The translations under genes were made by a program, and so were the position numbers. This document shows positions 44,126 to 60,285 of a DNA stretch of 64,000 nucleotides, piece after piece (within the stretch, counting starts at the first letter, position 1; each line of letters opens with the position of its first letter). The stretch lies in the NCBI RefSeq assembly GCF_009914755.1, contig NC_060945.1; one strand, written 5' to 3'. A model generated the notes under the pieces. That model made no database searches. It was not told the origin of the DNA and worked only from the letters and a program-made list of their open reading frames with translations. The stretch comes from the human T2T-CHM13v2.0 reference genome, Homo sapiens.

Positions 44126-44230
44126 TACAGAATGGATATGTACCACTTGTATCCAAAAACACAGTGGTCCTAAGAGGTCTTCCTTCCATCCTTTCTTTTA
44201 AAACACCTTTAAATAGCTTGGCTTGATAAC
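44126..44230 (-). CDS. LIPI: LIPI exon 7 (105 nt, phase 1-1): GYQAKLFKGVLKERMEGRPLRTTVFLDTSGTYPFC
   Basis: Minus strand: tctcaaatctcag|GTTATCAA...TTCTGTA|gtaagt. Overlaps ORF-track entry 43950..44189. FLDT...PFC lipase motif. Confidence 0.95.
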
Positions 44231-45929
44231 CTGAGATTTGAGAAATAGAACATTAGAAATTGGATTTCCATCAAATAACAAAAATGTCAAATCACTAAAG
44301 TAACTAAAAGATCAGTGCATATAATCATCATAATGATCATCATGGATTTTGATAACTTAAAAAGCATTTTTTCAAATAATGTAGCATTCCATTTATTTTA
44401 ATTACAATAACAACTCTTAAATTCAGGATTCACAAATAAATCTGCTCCCTGAAAATCTTATCAGAGCTTAGCATACTCCATCCGTATGGCTATAGTCCAT
44501 TTGTAGAAGTTTTACTGTTATAAATTCAGGATTTTACCTGTAATTCCTTCTAATAAATTCAGCAGAGTAAATTGACTACATAAAACTTAAACATACAATA
44601 TAGCTCCATGAGTATAGCTCCCTAATTCTCCAATACGTATAATACATACAGATATGGCATGCATGTGTATACATTATATATATTATATATATGTAGTATA
44701 GGTATACTTTACATGTACTGTATGTTGTGCATATAATATACATATTTCAGATACATATGTGTACATATAAAATATTTATTATATATAATATGTTGATATA
44801 TTGATAAAAATTACTTATAAAATAAAGTTTATGTTAATATATATTTCATATGCCTCATGTATTTCTTTGTTCCCACATTGCTACCTCCAAATTTGAGATT
44901 TGAATATGGTAGAAAGAATAGTAAATTAAGAATCCAGAGGTTTTACTCAAGTTCTAACTTATGCCTTTATGTGATTTATATATTCACTCTGGGTTACAAT
45001 TTGTCATTACATGGAAGAAGGATGGGGCCAGAAAAGCAATCCACAACAGGAGGTCTGAAGAAAACTAATCCCACATGGTGTCTTATAGACAGAAAAGTCT
45101 ATGAGAAAAATCAAATTGGCAATGCCTGAACAGTGCATACCCCTCCTAGGGTGTTCTCAGTGTGTGCTGATCCTGCTTCAGCAGTTGGTTTAATTTAGCC
45201 TTTGTAATCACTACCTATTCCTCGAACCCCTTTGGCTTTGGAAACATCTCTGGGGAATTCTGCCATGATACTGACCAGATGTTTACATGCTCATGGCATG
45301 CTTGGATCTGGTGCTCTTTTTGAAAAACCCTGAGCAAACAGCCTCTGAAATTCTTTCCAGTTCCAATATTATATTTTTATGTGGATTTTTTTCTCTATAA
45401 TTCCCTATTGGCAGGTTTTAGTTATCAGAAGTAGCAATACTTAACTGCTCTTAGCAGGTTTATCCATTTAGAAGGTATGAACCATGTTTCATGTCTACTT
45501 GGTGATAGCAAATGAGAAGCTAACCATGGCTCACACCTCTTCACTTGTTCCTAAAATCTCAAAAAAACAAAAAAACCTCAGTGTTGCCAAGACTGTGCAA
45601 GTTTCTTTCTTTAAGTGAAAATATAGTTGGATGATAGTTAGATATTTTTGTACATCAGGAACAAGAATCATTATAAAGCCATCTAATCTGCCCACTACAC
45701 TGAACATAAAAAGGCAGTTGATCATGTTCTTCTCTTTAAATATATTAAAAATGTTTAGTAGGGAATGAAATATTTACTCTGTACCACATCTCTACAGATG
45801 ATTTTTCCATAAAATGGTCATGTATTAACAAGTAAACAGAGTGCACAGTTTAGCTTCCAGCAGAAAATACTAACAATTATGTTATTCATATTAAATAAGA
45901 ATGATAGTAACTATAATAATCTCTCTTAC

Positions 45930-46097
45930 CCAGCCGAGGACATGATTTTTCCTTAAAACAGTCACAGTCCACACATAAGCTAGTCTTGTAATCTTTGTAT
46001 GAACGACAAGGAAATGAAATAAAATTGCAGTTTGTTTCTAAAGATGCCATGAACAAGTGAACTGCTCTCTGGTGGTTGCATTTAATGAATTGAATTC
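45930..46097 (-). CDS. LIPI: LIPI exon 6 (168 nt, phase 1-1): GIQFIKCNHQRAVHLFMASLETNCNFISFPCRSYKDYKTSLCVDCDCFKEKSCPRL, contains the catalytic His
   Basis: Minus strand: ttttaacccttaag|GAATTCAA...CGGCTGG|gtaaga. CxHxRA motif and conserved cysteines. Confidence 0.96.
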
Positions 46098-47068
46098 CTT
46101 AAGGGTTAAAAAAAAAACAAAGAACTGTAGATGTATTAAGCCATGTTCAAGTACATTTAAAAACAAAGTAAAGATGAAGTTTTGCTAAATACTATGTACC
46201 TTATGAATATTACTGACTATAATACACAGTTTTATGTCAAACCACTAAACAAATAGTACCAATGAAAACTTAAATTTAGTATGTCTTTTGCATGAGATTT
46301 ATAATGAATTTTTAAAGTAATAATTAACACAGCAAAAATGTTTCATTTCAGTGTTTCACAAGCTCTACACAGTGCTACTATACTTAATAACTAGTGTACA
46401 CATCTTTTCCTTCTAATACTGCACTCCTAACATTTCCACCTAATGACAAAGATGACCATGAAACCAGCTGACCTTAAAACTTTATTACCTTCCTTTTCTT
46501 TTCCAACCTTGCACATCCTCCTCCTTTTCACCAAACTTCTTTAGCTACAGTGCCCTTTGGTCACGTGTTATTTGACCAGTTGCCGTTGTGGACCTAAGAA
46601 CATTTCTTGCAATGGCTCTGATGTGAGCCAAATTCCACACCTGGGGAAGTTGCTCAGCTATCTTTATGTACAGAACAATCAAGTGTCAAGAGTTTTTACA
46701 ATTGTCTTTGTACAGTAATATGGTGATGGTTAAGATTAAATCCTGAGATCAAAGTTGTATTATATGATACTTGAGCTACATGTGCTTCCTCAATGACTTA
46801 CGACTTCTCCTAATGTTTAAAATGATGGAATAAAATTATTAAAAATATAATATAAGAGGTCTCATCCATGACCTAATGGATGTCTACTGGTAACCTTTAT
46901 GAACTAAGCATGGTCAAATTAAACCATTGTTAACCAATGACTCTCCTGAGTCATGGGCAATGATGATGAAATCAAAACACTGCCTACAGATTAAGAGGGG
47001 AAAAGTAAGTTATTTTCTTTCATCATTTCGAATATTATGTAGTTCATTCAAAAATACTGTCAGTATAC

Positions 47069-47158
47069 CTGAGAAAATTGATTTAGGACAGCCAGGTTGT
47101 TTATTTCCTCCATTTGGATAAAAATCTATATGTCCCAAGGGCTCTTGAATGCCTAAAC
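47069..47158 (-). CDS. LIPI: LIPI exon 5 (90 nt, phase 1-1): [30 protein letters not shown]
   Basis: Minus strand: cctttcttctcag|GTTTAGGC...TTCTCAG|gtatac. GHxDFYPNGG-QPGC lipase motif and start of the lid. Confidence 0.96.
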
Positions 47159-47829
47159 CTGAGAAGAAAGGCACCCAAGAATCACAACATGTATATAATC
47201 AGGTGAGTATCTTGCATAAAACAAAATAGCCTATAAAATCCATTGAAAGTTACTCTTTAAATATTAGAATTGAAAATAAGTGCTGTTTTTATAAAGATAA
47301 GTTTTTCTTCTATAATTCCTTCATGAAAAGTATATTTCATTAATTTAATATATTTGCCAGTCAGCAGTTTACTATCGGTCAGTCACAGTTTTTTGTGGTA
47401 TGACCGCATAAGTGAAAAAAGAAATAGAGAGGGCAGCCAAGATGGCCGAATAGGAAGAGCTCCAGTCTTCAGCTCCCAGTGTGAGTGGTGCAGAAGGCAG
47501 GTGCAGAAGGCAGCATTTCCATCTGAGGTACCGGGTTCATCTCACTAGGGAGTGCCAGACAGTGGGTGGAGGAAAGTGGGTGCAGCGCACCATGTGCAAG
47601 CCGAAGCAGGGTGAGGCATTACCTTACTCGGGAAGCACAAGGGATCAGGGAGTTCCCTTTCCTAGTCAAAGAAAGGGTGACAGATGGCACCTGGAAAATC
47701 GGGTCACTCCCACCCTAATACTGCGCTTCTGCGATGGGCTTAAAAAACGGCCCACCAGGAGATTATATCCCACACATGGCTCGGAGGGTCCTACGCCCAC
47801 GGAGTCTCACTGATGGCTAGCACAGCAGT

Positions 47830-48030
47830 CTGAGATCAAACTGCAAGGCGGCAGCAAGGCTGGGGGAGGGGTGCCTGCCATTGCCCAGGCTTGCTTAGGT
47901 AAACAAAGCAGCTGGGAAGCTTGAACTGGGTGGAGCCCACCACAGCTCAAGGAGGCCTGCCTGCCTCTGTAGGCTCCACCTCTAGGGGCAGGGCACAGAA
48001 AAACAAAAAGACAGCAGTAACCTCTGCAGA
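47830..48030 (-). promoter_or_regulatory. L1 antisense promoter region, oriented in the same sense as LIPI
   Basis: Position about nt 400-600 of a complete primate L1 5'UTR, the established ASP location. Activity at this copy cannot be seen from sequence. Confidence 0.55.
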
Positions 48031-48464
48031 CTTAAATGTCTCTGTCTGACAGCTTTGAAGAGAGCTGTGGTTCTCCCAGCACGGAGCTGGAGATCTGAGA
48101 ACGGGCAGACTGTCTCCTCAAGTGGGTCCCTGACCCCCGACCTCCAAGCAGCCTAACTGGGAGGCACCCCCCAGTAGGGGCAGACAGACACCTCACACAG
48201 CCAGGTACTCCTCTGAGACAAAACTTCCAGAGGAATGATCAGACAGCAGCATTCGCAGTTCACGAAAATCCACTGTTCTGCAGCCACCACGGCTGATACC
48301 CAGGCAAACAGAGTCTGGAGTGGACCTCTAGCAAACTCCAACAGACCTGCAGCTGAGGGTCCTGTCTGTTAGAAGGAAAACTAACAAACAGAAAGGACAT
48401 CCACACCAAAAACCCATCTGTACATCACCATCATCAAAGACCAAAAGTAGATGAAACCACAAAA

Positions 48465-49481
48465 ATGGGGAAAAAACAGAGCAGAAAAACTGGAAACTCT
48501 AAAAAGCAGAGTGCCTCTCCTCCTCCAAAGGAATGCAGTTCCTCACCAACAATGGAACAAAGCTGGCCGGAGAATGACTTTGACAAGCTGAGAGAAGAAG
48601 GCTTCAGATGATCAAATTACTCCGAACTACGGGAGGACATTCAAACCAAACGCAAAGAAGTTGAAAACTTTGAAAAAAATTTAGAAGAATGTATAACTAG
48701 AATAAGCAATACAGGGAAGTGCTTAAAGGAGCTAATGGAGCTGAAAGCCAAGGCTCGAGAACTATGTGAAGAATGCAGAAGACTCAGGGGCCGATGCGAT
48801 CAACTGGAAGAAAGGGTATCAGTGATGGAAGATGAAATGAATGAATGAAGCAAGAAGGGAAGTTTAGAGAAAAAAGAATAAAAAGAAATGAACAAAGCCT
48901 CCAAGAAATATGGGACTATGTGAAAAGACCAAATCTACATCTGATTGGTGTACCTGAAAGTGACAGGGAGAATGGAACCAAGTTGGAAAACACTCTGCAA
49001 GATATTATCCAGGAGGACTTCCCCAATTGAGCGAGGCAGGCCAACATTCAGATTCAGGAAATACAGAGAACTCCACAAAGATACTCCTCGAGAAGAGCAA
49101 CTCCAAGACACACAATTGTCAGATTCACCAAAGTTGAAATGAAGGAAAAAATGTTAAGGGCAGCCAGAGAGAAAGGTCGGGTTACCCACAAAGGGAAGCC
49201 CATCAGACTAACAGCGGATCTTTCGGCAGAAACTCTACAAGCCAGGAGAGAGTGGGGGCCGATATTCAACATTCTGAAAGAAAAGAATTGTCAACCCAGA
49301 ATTTCATATCCAGCCAAACTAAGCTTCATAAGTGAAGGAGAAATAAAATACTTTACAGACAAGCAAATGCTGAGAGATTTTTGTCACCACCAGGCCTGCC
49401 CTAAAAGAGCTCCTGAAGGAAGCACTAAACATGGAAAGGAAAAACCGGTACCAGCCACTGCAAAATCATGCCAAATTGTAA
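48465..49481 (+). pseudogene. L1 ORF1p, disrupted
   Basis: ATG GGG AAA AAA CAG start. TGA at 48609 and 49028; frameshifts near 48845 and 49381. Confidence 0.92.
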
Positions 49482-49529
49482 AGACCATTGAGGCTAGGAA
49501 GAAACTGCATCAACTAACAAGCAAAATAA

Positions 49530-53368
<3,839 letters not shown>

Positions 53369-53609
53369 ACAATGAGAACACATGGACACAAGAAGGGGAA
53401 CATCACACTCTGGGGACTGTTGTGGGGTGGGGGAAGGGGGGAGGGATAGCACTAGGAGATATACCTAATGCTAAATGACGAGTTAATGGGTGCAGCACAC
53501 CAGCATGGCACATGTATACATATGTAACTAACCTGCACATTGTGCACATGTACCCTAAAACTTAAAGTATAATAATAATAAAATAAAATAAAAAGAAAAA
53601 AGAATAGAG

Positions 53610-53980
53610 CAAAATTCCTTGCAGTCGAAAATACTTTATAGTGGAAGGAAACCATAATAAACAAGTAAATACAGAGTATGTGAAATAATAATAAGTGCTA
53701 TGGAGAACAGTTAAGTAGAACAAGAGGACAGGAAGGGTCTAGTGAGGGTGGTAGTTGCATGTTTAAGTTATTTGGTTTAGGAATTTGCCACTTGAAGAAG
53801 TTGGAGTGGAGCACAAATGTGAAGGATGTGAGGCGGTGACCCCAGTGGATATTTGTGCGAATACGCTCGGCGAAGAAGCCAGCGTGGCTGAAGTCTAATG
53901 TGTAAGAGGGAGCTTCGGAGCAAAGGAAGCCAAGTCCTACAGATCCTTTTCGATCAGTGTGATGATTTGCTTTCACTTTT
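53610..53980 (-). mobile_element. L2 fragment
   Basis: ataagtgctatggagaa...gaagccagcgtggctgaag...tttgctttcact, reverse-complement L2-like. Confidence 0.6.
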
Positions 53981-55247
53981 GGTCATAATTTCTAAGACCT
54001 GCTGGTGCTGGATTCACTAACTGGAAAAAAATCTAACAACTAAGTTGCCTTGGCTGGAGCAGTTTGAGTCAGAGTGACATGAAACACATAGCTTTGATTC
54101 AAGGGTTTATGTAGCCCTGTAGATCATTGGACCACTGGTGAATGTACAGATTCTGAGCCCATTACCGGCATATAACTCAGAGAAGCCTTAACAGTGAAAA
54201 GGGCTAGCAAGCTCAGAATACTCAGGACTGTGATTTGATACAAAATTGTGTTGCTAAATAAGATAACAATGCTTTAATCTGGGGCACAAAAGATTTCCTA
54301 CAACACAGTGAACTCATGAAAGACATCAGTAATAGATTTAGCATAAAACAAAGATAAATAGATGGTTCTGACAGTAAGGGTTTAGATGCTGCAACCTGAC
54401 TTAGTTCTAGGATGTAACAGAACCTCTAATGAGTTGTTAGTAGCACATGAGAACACTGGGCATGTACACTGAGGCTGGAGGGAGGGGAGAAGAGCACTAT
54501 TTAATGGGTAAGGAAAGACAAAGGACAATGTAGATGACTTCATGACAGGTCCCTAGAATTCAGGAAAGCTTGATTGGGACAATGGTGACTTGATTGGGAC
54601 AATGGTGAGGGTATGCTAGCCAGTCTGTCTTAAAATCCCATCATCTTCTTAGCCTGTGAAATTCACGCAAGGAAGGGCATGCTTCCTAAATAAGACCAAA
54701 AAGTTTTTAAAACAAGAAAAAAATTTAACAGGGTCAGAGATTTGTGAAATTTCCTCATATATGAACTCGACATGGAGTTCCAAGACTAGGGGTTTCCAGT
54801 TTGGAACTGTCATTTTCTCCAACCTGCCACTGAAGGAGACTCAAACCAACAGGACTGCTTAGGAATCAGGAGGGATAAAAGAAATTTGTCATTAACTTTG
54901 AAGCAGCCCTTGATTCAGGCATGTCATTTCCCTTTTATCAGATTGGGTGGGGGGCAGCTTGGTCTGCTTAGATCATTCATTCTCTTGGTTTCAAGAAGGG
55001 TGGGGAGAGCAGCTATGACTTTTTAATTTTCCTTTTATTGTAAAATATAAGACACATGCAGAAAAAGAACATTAAACATAAATCTATAGGCTAATTAATT
55101 ATTATAAAGCAAACAGCCATGGGGCTACCACACTAATGTAAAGAAATAGCACCTGGGAGCTCCCAGTGTGCCCTTACCCAGCCACAAGTGTCTCTCTGTC
55201 CCCTAATCGCTAACCCATCATTTTTTTTTAAATAAAATCATCTGTTG

Positions 55248-55606
<359 letters not shown>

Positions 55607-56603
55607 TAGATTTCACCTTTGTGAAAAAATATATGAACTTACTCATATTTTATGTAGGCTTTTGTTTCTGGCTTTTTAGATTATTAGTATGTTTGTGCTA
55701 TCAATCCACATTGTCAGGTGTAAAAACAGTCATTTATTGTCATATAGTATTTCATTGTATGAACATATCACAACTTATTTTTCCATTCTCCTATTGTGGT
55801 GCATTTGTATTGTTTCCTATTTGAGGCTAATGTGTTCAAACTATGAACATTTTGAACACATATATTAATGCATATGTGAAGGTACATCTGTTGGTTACAT
55901 ACCTAGGAGTGGAATTGTTATAGATTATGAGTATCTTTGATTTTAATAAATAATGCTGAATAGTTGTAGCGTATCTTTGCCAATAAATGGTCTTGTCAAG
56001 CTTTTGAATTTTAAGCATGTGGCTTCTTGTTTGGGTTTTAATTTATATTTTTTTCTTACTAACTTTAAAAACTTTTTATATGTTTATTGCCTATTCAGAA
56101 TGTATCCTTCATAATGTCCTGACTTTTTCTTAACTAGGTTGTCTTTGTCTTTATTACTGACTGATAGTAGGTCTTTATCTCTTTTACTGCTTTTTTTTAT
56201 GGCTTGCTCTTCACATTCTTAAAGTATTTATAACAGTCTCAATTTTTATATAATCTGACATTTTAATCTTTTCATTTGGGTTAGAAATTTTTGTGTACTT
56301 TGGGAAAATATTATTCATTATCCCAGTGTTATGAAGGCTTTAAAAATAATAGCTCATAAACCATTTATTTTCCTTTCACATGTATGCATACCACAAGGAA
56401 ATAATTTTTGTGTTTTATATGAGTTCAAGGTTTTTTTCATCTTCAGAATCCAGTTGACTGAAACAGAACCAGGTAATTACTGATACTAGCTGTGTCTTCT
56501 CTTTTTGTTCTGTTTTTTCTCTCCAAGAATTTATTTTTAGAAGAGATGTATGAAGTTCAAGCATTCTATGTTCCTTTCATTGTATGGAAAGAAGGCACAA
56601 GTG

Positions 56604-56974
<371 letters not shown>

Positions 56975-57386
56975 TTAAATCATCTGCAATTCATAATTTT
57001 TATTCCATTAATTTCTTTGGTATGTTTAATATTTGCTTCTTTCTCCATTTCTGTGTGTTTCTATCGTTTAATTCTTAATTTTTCAAAATAGATGCTTAGA
57101 TTATTGATTTTCAGCCTTTTAAAACAGCTGTACTCAAAACTATACATTAACTTCTAGCCATGGCCTTTGCTGAATCCAAAAAGGTTTAATATGCAATAAT
57201 GTGAATATTCAATTCAAAATATTTGATTATATTATTTATTATTGTATTCATTAGTTATTTTTAAATGTGATTTTTCACTTTCAAAAATGTATGGATTTTA
57301 GTTATATTTTTGTTATTTATTTGGATTAAGTGCATTAAAGATAGAAAAGATTATGATTTCTACACTTTGAAATGTTTGAGAATATT

Positions 57387-57623
57387 GTTTTTTTTTCAGA
57401 TACAAACATTTTTATTTGCTTTCAATTCTTTTTTTTTTTGGTTACATTTCGCTAATAATGCCCTCATAGCTCTGATTATATTTATTTATTTATTCTTTTA
57501 TTATTATTATTATACTTTAAGTTCTATGGTACATGTGCACTACGTGCAGGTTTGTTACATATGTATACATGTGCCATGTTAGTGTGCTGCACCCGTTAAC
57601 GCCTCATTTACATTAGGTATATC
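57387..57623 (-). mobile_element. Short L1PA (L1PA5-like) 3' end carrying a 3'-transduced unique segment
   Basis: L1 3' terminus at ~57481-57623, non-L1 sequence at 57397-57480 and a T-tract, all enclosed by an 18-bp TSD gaaatgtttgagaatatt (57369-57386, 57624-57641). Confidence 0.9.
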
Positions 57624-59325
57624 GAAATGTTTGAGAATATTTTTAAGGCTCAGTATATGCTTAACTTAGCTAAAATATCCATTTGTGTTTCAGAAGACTG
57701 TAAATTCTGCAGTTCTCAGGTGTAATGTTCTATAAATGTCTATTAGATCAATTGTGTTAATTAAAATTATTCACTATGATTGTGTAGTTGCCTTTTTTTG
57801 CAATGTGTTATTGTTAATACTGCATTATGTATTTGAAGCTGTGTTATTAGGTACATACAAACTACAATTGTTATATCTTCTTTGTGAGTTCAAAGTTTTA
57901 TTATTTTAAAGTTTGTCCATATTTTTATTAGTTTATATAAAATCAATTTTGTCTAATATAGATTTACCACCATTTGGAGGATAATATTTGCATATTTTTT
58001 ATCACCCTTCTACTTTCAAATATTTTGCTTCCTTGCTTTTATATATGTCTTTAATAAATAAGAGTTGGATTTTTTCTTTTTAATCAAGTTTGACAGCCAT
58101 AATATTTTAATTAGAGCATAAGTCCATTTATCTTAATTGTATAGTTGTGTTTGATTTTACTATCTTATTATCTACCTTCTATTTGCTTTAGCTGTTGTAT
58201 GCATTCTTTCTCTCTTTTCTTGCCTTCTTTTAGACTTCATAAAAAGTATATTCAATTTTTGTCCTTCATTTTCTTGCTTCTTTTCTTGCTAGATACCCTA
58301 AAGATTCAACATGAATACTATACTTATGAATATCAATTACTGAAGGTCATTTTCACCTTCTTTCTATACAATGAAAGGAACACAGAAAGCTGGAAATTCA
58401 TTTATCACCCAAAATCATATGCTATTTTTAGCTTATTTTAATTTTCTATATTTCAAGTCCATAAAACATTATTAATAGTATTTTATGCCATCAACATATG
58501 CTTAGATTTAACTAGTTCATTGTTCTTCCTTCCAAAATAGCCACAATCTAAGAATAATTTTCCTTCCACCTGAAGAATACATTTCTGCTCATGAATGTCT
58601 GAAGGGTAACCTTTCTGCTCATGACAGTTTCTCTCCAGTTTAAATTTGTCTGAAATAAAATACATTTATTCTTGAAACAGATTGAGATACTATCTTAGCA
58701 GTTGTTTCCTTTCACCATATGGAAGCAATCATTCTGTTGTTTCCTATATTCCATTGTTTCTGTTGAGAACTCAATTGTAACTCTGGTCAATTTTATTCAC
58801 CTTATTTAAATAAACTTGTATGGTTTGATGATGGCCTTTTCTGCAATTCACTATCATACATCTCAATGGAGATTAATCTTTATTATTTTTCTTATTGAAT
58901 GGAATTAATTGGGCATTTTGAACTTGTAGACTGATTATATTACTCAGTTTGGGAAAATTATGAGATAATATCTCTTTAAATATAGTCTTTGTTCCATTTT
59001 TCTGCCTTTTTATTCCAGAATTCTAACACAATGTAATTTACCATGTCATTGCCTATCCTATGCATCTCTTAACTGTTGGTCTATATTGTCTATTCTTTGG
59101 TACCCATTTGCTTCAGTCTAGAAATTTACTTTTCACCTACTTTTTAGTTCACTCGCTCACTCTCTCTTTACCTATTTCTAATTTTCTGTTAAACCCATTC
59201 AATGGATGTCAATTATTTTACTTTTTAGGGTAAGAACTTTCATTATTTTTGTCAAATATAATTGATAAATTTATACTTACTAATTTTTTGTTAAATTTTT
59301 CAGTCTTCTACCTTTTTGAAAATAT

Positions 59326-59363
59326 TAATAGCAAAAACCACAATTACTTTTGCACCAACTTAA
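59326..59363. mobile_element. Half MADE1 (Hsmar1 terminal inverted repeat)
   Basis: taatagcaaaaaccacaattacttttgcaccaacttaa matches one MADE1 arm. Confidence 0.85.
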
Positions 59364-60285
59364 TAATAAGCACATTTTTTATAGCCAGTGTATAATAATT
59401 CCAATATCTGGAGGCCTATGGGTGTTGTCTATTGACTGTTGTTTCTGCTGTTTCTCATTCACGCTGTCTTGCTCCAAGTGTGCCTGGCTATCTTGGATGC
59501 TAAACATTTATTTTAATATGTTTTTGTAAAAATAATTTGAGATTGAATTATGTGAATTTCCTACAAAGAAGGCTATTGTTTGCTTCTGTCAGATAACTAG
59601 GAGTTCTAACAATTCAGAATCTACTTAAACAAAAAACTCAGTAAACGTGATTTTGGCAGAGGCAACTCAGATAACGAGAAGCTTTCTGCAGACCATAAGA
59701 AGGCTGATTTGTTCAGCTTTACCCATGCTTCTATAATGTCCTTTGGAGTTCCAGACAAGAATAACAGATGAGATGTTTTGCAAACCCAATATGAGGGTTT
59801 CAAAAGCATCTATCTTTTGGATATTGGACTCATAATTTTCCCCAATATCTCAGCAAAAATGTATGCCCTAATTATCTAATCCACAAATTTGAAAGGCCAC
59901 ATGGCTTTCTGAACACTCACAACTGAATAAAAATGAGGATTACTGGCAAGTAGAAGATGTGGTCATTATCTAGTATTCAAGGAAAAGGCAGTTCACCAGG
60001 TATGTGCTGAGTCCACGCATATCATTCAGAAATTTCTCGGACAGGTACATATGCAGCATCAAAAAATCTGTGTTTCTTATTTGTGATAGTCATGAAAAGA
60101 TCAATCCAATGTTCCAACTATGTGGCCTCTAGTGGCAGATTAGATCTGATAGGTTGCATCATCAAAAGATGTTGCAAATATAAGACAATCCAAGACAGTT
60201 CATTAGGATAAGTCAAAAATGCAAACAAAAATAATAAAAAGTATGAAGAGCTAAGTCAAAAGGCCATAGGCAGAATTGAAGTTAG

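Noticed and set aside
46927-47121. Plus-strand ORF ending ...[11 protein letters not shown] resembling the lipase QPGC motif
   Set aside because: It is antisense to exon 5. The local sequence acagccaggttgt reads QPGC on both strands by coincidence.
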